This document shows positions 7,392 through 11,793 of a stretch of DNA of 11,793 nucleotides, one piece after another. Numbering within the stretch: the stretch's first letter is position 1; each line of letters starts with the position of its first letter. Source of the stretch: Spirochaetota bacterium (GTDB lineage Bacteria; Spirochaetota; UBA4802; UBA5550); NCBI GenBank assembly GCA_050298055.1, contig JBNKTL010000072.1:1-11793 (forward strand). The letters run 5' to 3'. A program made the translations under genes and the position numbers. The notes below the pieces were generated by a model. The model ran no database searches. It was not told the origin of the DNA and was given only the letters and a program-made list of their open reading frames with translations.

Positions 7392-9662
7392 ATGTCCCAG
7401 GAGGCAATAGACAATCTGCACAAGAACTGGCAGAAGAACCTCTTCGACAACTATGACGCCATAGAGATATTAAGGGACCGCCGGGGGATCCGGACGGCGG
7501 GGACAATAAAGGGGCTTGAGCTGGGACTTGCCGAAGTCCCCGGGGAAGAGGGCCTCACGCCGGTGGTATACAACTCCCTCAAGTCCTTCGGCCTTACGGA
7601 TGAAGGTATCACCGGCATGGTCTCCCTGCCGCTCCGGAGAAGGACGGGGATGATCAGTAACTTCTGTTTCCTGAGTTTGAACGGCAAGGGTGACAAACTG
7701 ATCCGAAAGGGGGGCGTGATCAACGGGAAGGCCTTCAGGGCGTTCAGGAGCATTCTGGTGACGGACAATCTTCCGGACTTCTTTTTGTACTTCCAGAACG
7801 TGAAGGAGAACATCGTTCCCCTCATCGAGTCGGAAAGGATGCCGGTAGATTTTGCCGAGGCCCTGGTCCACTCCGAGGTTGAGGAGATCATACTGATAAA
7901 TGAGTCCCCCTACTGGGAACCGCTCCGGGCCAGGCTTTCAAAGTGCGACGTTAAGGTGTACGGGATAAGCCTTCCGGAGGGAAAAGACATCGGGAGCTTT
8001 CTCAGGAAGGCCTCCGGGATGAAGCTTGTTGCCTACCTTGAGGGTGAAAAGGCGAAGCTGGTTAAACAGAGAGTGGAGGAGAGCGGGACAGAGGAGAGTA
8101 AGGATGATGTGAATGTCCCGGAGTACCTGAAGCTCACTGAGGGCACGGGAGAGATCGCCTTCACAGGCGAAGACCGCTCCTACCGTGTCCGTGGCTTCAA
8201 CCGTGACGGCTTCGAGAAGATCGTCCAGATGTCCCTTGAAGTGGACGGGAGGGTGTTTCCGGACAAGGTGGACCTCTCCCGGAGCCAGGGCCGGGGACGA
8301 TTTGCCAACATTGCCGCGGCTGAATTTGAGATGAGCCCGGAGACGGTGAGGAACGACCTCACATACATCTACAAGACCCTGGATAAAATGCAGGACCAGC
8401 GTTTCCGGGAGAAGTCGGGTGAGATAAACCGTGATGTCCACGTCATCACCTCCGATGACGAGAAGAAGGCCATAGACCGGCTCACAAAACGGGACTTGCT
8501 GGACGAGATGCTCATGAAGGACACGGAAAGACTGGGCTACGTTGAGGAGGAGGTAAACAAGAAGCTTTTCTATCTCTCGGCAAGTTCACGTCTCACGGGA
8601 AAGCCGTTGTCTGTCCTGGACATATCCCCGCCGGGGACGGGGAAGAGCTTCGGGCTCTCATCCGTCATGGACCTGGTGCCTTCCGATGAACTTTTAAAGT
8701 ATTCCCGTCTCTCCCCCAACGCCCTCTACTACAAGTCCGGGGAGGAGCTGAACGGCCGTGTCCTGTACATCGAGGAGCTGGTGGGTATGGAGGAGTCCCT
8801 GGAACCTATCCGGATGCTCCTCTCCTCCGGGGAGCTTGCGGTCTCGGTGGTGGAGAAGGACCCCCGGACGGGGAACCTCCGGACCGTTGAGAGGCGTATC
8901 CGGGTTGACATTCCCATCCTCTCAAGCGGTGTCCGGGACATCTTTGACGAGGAGACCCTCTCCCGGTTCATCTTAACGTACAACGACGTAACACCCCGGC
9001 ACATGGAGCGGATACTCAAGGCCCAGGCCTACCGGTACTCCCTGGAGGGTGAGAAGGTTTCCCTGCAGAGGGAGAGGCTCTTAAAGAAGCACCGGGACAT
9101 CCAGAAGGTCATGGACGGGAGTATCGTTGTGGTGAACCCCTACGCCGGGAAGATCATGGTGAACCCGCACCTTCACATCGTCACACGGAAGCAGGAGCAG
9201 TATCTCCGGCTCATCTACAACATAGCCTTTCTCCGCCAGCATTCCCGGGAGAAGAAAAAGGAAACCGACAGGTACGGAAACGAGTTCCGGTACATCGAGG
9301 TGAGACGCGAGGACATCGAGACAGCCAACGGGATAGCCTCCCATGTGTTCCGCTTTTCCCGGGGAGACCTTACCAAGAGGCTCCATGACGCCTACCGGAC
9401 AATTGAGGAGTACTGCAAAGACCAGGTGAAGAAGAAGCGTATTGGCCTCTATGAGCTGAAGTTCTCCCGGAGGGAGATACGGGAGTACGCTGACTGGAAG
9501 TTGACCACGTCAAAGGAGCTCTTGGATGAGCTTGAGAGCCTGGAATACATAAGGAAGGTCCGGGGCTCCCAGGGGAGGAAGTACCTGTATATGCTCTCTC
9601 CCTGTGACAGTGGGGGCGGAACAGGCAAGGATTTACGGCTTCTGGACCCTGAAAACCTCTAA
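7392..9662 (+). CDS. Mobile-element primase-helicase-like replication protein (degenerate DnaG/TOPRIM-like N-terminus, P-loop AAA+-type ATPase, C-terminal winged helix), 756 aa
   Basis: RBS AGGAG 7380-7384 precedes ATG 7392. DnaG-core-like LRDRRGI...IKGLELG, SLPLRRRTGMISNF and LPEGKDIGSFL are present. Walker A SPPGTGKS (8625-8648), Walker B VLYIEE and an arginine-finger-like DEETLSRF follow. The C-terminus FSRREIREYADWKLTTSKELLDELESLEYI is wHTH-like. Confidence 0.78.
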   Translation: MSQEAIDNLHKNWQKNLFDNYDAIEILRDRRGIRTAGTIKGLELGLAEVPGEEGLTPVVYNSLKSFGLTDEGITGMVSLPLRRRTGMISNFCFLSLNGKGDKLIRKGGVINGKAFRAFRSILVTDNLPDFFLYFQNVKENIVPLIESERMPVDFAEALVHSEVEEIILINESPYWEPLRARLSKCDVKVYGISLPEGKDIGSFLRKASGMKLVAYLEGEKAKLVKQRVEESGTEESKDDVNVPEYLKLTEGTGEIAFTGEDRSYRVRGFNRDGFEKIVQMSLEVDGRVFPDKVDLSRSQGRGRFANIAAAEFEMSPETVRNDLTYIYKTLDKMQDQRFREKSGEINRDVHVITSDDEKKAIDRLTKRDLLDEMLMKDTERLGYVEEEVNKKLFYLSASSRLTGKPLSVLDISPPGTGKSFGLSSVMDLVPSDELLKYSRLSPNALYYKSGEELNGRVLYIEELVGMEESLEPIRMLLSSGELAVSVVEKDPRTGNLRTVERRIRVDIPILSSGVRDIFDEETLSRFILTYNDVTPRHMERILKAQAYRYSLEGEKVSLQRERLLKKHRDIQKVMDGSIVVVNPYAGKIMVNPHLHIVTRKQEQYLRLIYNIAFLRQHSREKKKETDRYGNEFRYIEVRREDIETANGIASHVFRFSRGDLTKRLHDAYRTIEEYCKDQVKKKRIGLYELKFSRREIREYADWKLTTSKELLDELESLEYIRKVRGSQGRKYLYMLSPCDSGGGTGKDLRLLDPENL

Positions 9663-9684
9663 GCAGACGATTAAAATACCACAA

Positions 9685-9786
9685 CTTATCGGCTTATCGG
9701 AAACTTATCGGATTGAATCCGATAAGTGTAACCCCTGAACGGTTCAGGAGTTAGCCTCAAAAAAGGGCCACTTATCGGGTTATCGG
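9685..9786. repeat. Iteron-like CTTATCGG array with central palindrome; candidate replication origin
   Basis: CTTATCGG at 9685, 9693, 9704 and 9771; GTTATCGG at 9779; inverted CCGATAAG at 9719; near-palindrome TAACCCCTGAAC-G-GTTCAGGAGTTA at 9729-9753. Confidence 0.8.
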
Positions 9787-9868
9787 AGGGGGGTAATATA
9801 TGTTTTTTTCTCACAGGAAAAAAGAGGGCGAAGCTTTGCCCTGAGAAAGAGGAAAAGGAGGAAGAGGG

Positions 9869-10195
9869 ATGAAAGAGAGGATAGCTGACAGGATAGAAAA
9901 GTACATGAACCGGATGAGATTAAAGGAGGTCCACAGGGCCATAGAAAAGATCGATGTCAGGAGGCGTGACCTTGAGGAGTTTGTCTTCTTCATGGACAGA
10001 AGGAAGGGGAGAAAGAGGCCCTGGGACCTTTCACAGATCACGGAGGATGACGGAACGGCCTATTACCGCCACCTGAAGGAGAAGGACAAAGCCTCCGGGG
10101 TTGAGAGGAAGCTAAAGACGGTGAACTCCTTCCTGGACTTTGCCGTGAAAATGAAATGGATAGAGAGAAGGCCCTGGGGTGATAATTTTTCATAG
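9869..10195 (+). CDS. Small protein resembling a stand-alone phage-integrase N-terminal SAM-like (core-binding) domain
   Basis: RBS GGAGG at 9857-9861. The pattern DLEEFVFFM..ITEDDGTAYYRHLKEK..ASGVERKLKTVNSFLDFAVKMKWIERRPW parallels the N-terminal domains of the two downstream recombinases. There is no catalytic domain. Confidence 0.7.
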   Translation: MKERIADRIEKYMNRMRLKEVHRAIEKIDVRRRDLEEFVFFMDRRKGRKRPWDLSQITEDDGTAYYRHLKEKDKASGVERKLKTVNSFLDFAVKMKWIERRPWGDNFS

Positions 10196-10206
10196 GAGGT
10201 AAATCA

Positions 10207-11100
10207 ATGGATTTAAAGACATCTGAGCTTTTAAGGAAATTCGAGGAATACCAGGTCCTTAAGGGACTGAAGGCAAAAACAGTTTACTACAAGCTCCGGA
10301 GCCTTAAGAACTTCTTCGGTTTCATAAAGGGACTGCCTGTTCATGTGACAAAGGAGGATATCCGGAGCTATCTTGAACATATGGGAAGGAAGAAGCTCTC
10401 TTCGGTGAGTTACGGAAAGACCGTTGGCCATATCCATGAGTTTTACGATTTTCTTCTTCATGAGGGGCACGTTCTTCTTAACCCCGCCGTCTCCATCGAG
10501 AGGCCGAAACAGGAACCGGTACACAAAAGGCGGGGCTTTACGGTGGAGGAGATCAGGAAGATACTGGATGCCGTCCCGGACACTCCCCTGGGAAGGCGTG
10601 ACAGGGCGGTGATCGACCTTCTCTATTCAACGGGAATGAGGGTGAGCGAGCTTTCCGGCCTGGACATGGAGGACGTTGACCTCAGGGAGAGGGAGATATC
10701 CGTACTTACCGGTAAAGGTGGAAAGGAGAGGATCGTCCCGGTGGGTGAGGAGGCCTTGAAAAGCCTTGAGGTCTATCTTGACGAGAGGTACTTAAAGGTT
10801 GAGGAAACGGACAGGAAGGCCCTCTTCCTGAGCTTTCACGGGGGGAGGTTCCGGCCAAAGGAGATAGCTGACATGATCAGGAAGTACAAGAGAAGGGGGG
10901 GAGTAGGTTTCAGAGGGTTGACCCACGCTTTCCGTCACTCCTGCGCCGGCCATATGCTGAAAAACGGTGCACCGGTGGAGATGATACGGCGGCTCCTGGG
11001 ACATGAGTATCTCTGCTCAACTGAGAGGTATACCGGGGTGTCGGATGAGGACTTAAAGAGAGTTCACGGGAGGACGTTTAATGAGAGATTTGATGTATGA
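10207..11100 (+). CDS. Tyrosine recombinase, XerC/XerD-like (297 aa)
   Basis: AGGAGG RBS at 10194-10199. Full catalytic set: LYSTGMRVSE (R), GKGGKER (K), HAFRH (H-x-x-R), LLGH (H), TERYT (Y). Confidence 0.93.
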   Translation: MDLKTSELLRKFEEYQVLKGLKAKTVYYKLRSLKNFFGFIKGLPVHVTKEDIRSYLEHMGRKKLSSVSYGKTVGHIHEFYDFLLHEGHVLLNPAVSIERPKQEPVHKRRGFTVEEIRKILDAVPDTPLGRRDRAVIDLLYSTGMRVSELSGLDMEDVDLREREISVLTGKGGKERIVPVGEEALKSLEVYLDERYLKVEETDRKALFLSFHGGRFRPKEIADMIRKYKRRGGVGFRGLTHAFRHSCAGHMLKNGAPVEMIRRLLGHEYLCSTERYTGVSDEDLKRVHGRTFNERFDV

Positions 11101-11793
11101 GTTCATCGAGGAGGCGGGAAGAAAGGGGTTCAGGGAGAAGACTTTGAGTGATTACCGGAGGAAACTGGCCTTTTTTTTCGACTTTCTTGAGGAAAACTAC
11201 CCGGACGTCAGGGAGATCACCGGGATCACTCACGCCGTTGTGAGGAGCTACGAGAAAAACCTGGCGTTGAAAAGGGACCGAAAGGGGATGCTCATATCAA
11301 ACAGCAGGAGGGGGAAGTATTTATCCACCCTTAAGGGTTTCTTTGCCTGGCTCCAGAGAGAGGAGAGGATATACCGGAGTCCCGCTTCTAACGTTGCCCT
11401 TCCCCGGGAGAGAAAGCCGGTGATCAAGGATGTTCTCACGGTGGAGGAGATGGATTCCCTCTTAAAGTCCGCCTCCGGGGACACCATGAGGGCCATCCGG
11501 GACAGGGCAGTGATGGAGCTCCTTTACTCCACCGGTATCCGGTCTGATGAGCTCTGCAACATCCGCATGGACGACATAGACCTGAATGAGAGGGTGCTCT
11601 TTGTGAGAAAGGGGAAGCTTGACAAGGAGAGATACGTCCCTTTCGGAGAGAGGGCCAAACACTGGGTGGAGAGGTATATCGGGAAGGTAAGGCCCCATGT
11701 GGCTGAAAATGACGCTCCTGAGCTCTTTGTGGCCTTCCTGAGAGGGAGGAAGATGAGCACCTCGGCCCTTTATGACATCATCAAGTACCGGGC
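11081..11793 (+). CDS. Second XerC/XerD-like tyrosine recombinase, 3'-partial (absent from the supplied ORF track)
   Basis: Manual translation from ATG 11081 (RBS GGAGG 11069-11073; 20-nt overlap with the previous gene): MRDLMYEFIEEAGRKGFREKTLSDYRRKL...RDRAVMELLYSTGIRSDELCNIRMDDIDL...VRKGKLDKERYVPFG, open to the window end. Confidence 0.92.
   Translation, partial: MRDLMYEFIEEAGRKGFREKTLSDYRRKLAFFFDFLEENYPDVREITGITHAVVRSYEKNLALKRDRKGMLISNSRRGKYLSTLKGFFAWLQREERIYRSPASNVALPRERKPVIKDVLTVEEMDSLLKSASGDTMRAIRDRAVMELLYSTGIRSDELCNIRMDDIDLNERVLFVRKGKLDKERYVPFGERAKHWVERYIGKVRPHVAENDAPELFVAFLRGRKMSTSALYDIIKYR

Larger units (their letters stand above)
6400..11793 (+). mobile_element. Putative integrative/replicative element (XRE, primase-helicase, origin-like repeats, tandem tyrosine recombinases) adjoining an Rhs toxin/immunity pair; boundaries uncertain
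   Basis: Gene content and order, the iteron-like array, and the structured intergenic element with a dif-like site. No capsid, conjugation or transposase genes are visible in the window. Confidence 0.7.

Noticed and set aside
9685..9786. CRISPR array interpretation of the repeats
   Set aside because: The units are only 8 bp, irregularly spaced and partly inverted, with no spacers of constant length and no cas genes.
7451..11760. Antisense ORFs over the helicase and recombinase genes
   Set aside because: They overlap motif-supported genes on the + strand, including the untracked ORF from 11081, and have no independent evidence.
10207..11793. Assigning gene symbols xerC/xerD
   Set aside because: Tandem arrangement in a mobile-looking operon argues against the housekeeping genes, and orthology cannot be shown without a phylogeny.
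6400..11793. Prophage call
   Set aside because: No terminase, capsid, tail or lysis genes are present in the window; only regulation, replication and recombination functions are visible.

Overview
The window has two halves. Left (1-6295): the 3' part of a very large Tc-B/C-like Rhs polymorphic toxin. It runs from FG-GAP-like repeats through a TcdB-mid-like region, YD repeats and the Rhs core to a DPxG site, then a low-GC C-terminal domain with a papain/C39-like Cys-His-Asp signature. A low-GC, signal-peptide-bearing SH3b protein follows, the probable immunity protein. Right (~6400 to the window end): a compact, apparently replicative and integrative module. It contains a GC-rich three-way-junction inverted-repeat structure with a dif-like site in one loop, a divergent XRE repressor with a palindromic operator inside a sigma70 promoter, and a double-hairpin leader that looks like an antisense RNA. 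Next come a 756-aa degenerate-TOPRIM/P-loop ATPase/wHTH primase-helicase-like protein and an iteron-like CTTATCGG array. Last are three tyrosine-recombinase-family ORFs: one binding-domain-only and two XerC/D-like, the last cut by the window edge and missing from the ORF track. The best working hypothesis is a toxin-associated mobile element that carries or diversifies Rhs toxin-tip/immunity cassettes. All product calls come from motif recognition by eye, not database searches.
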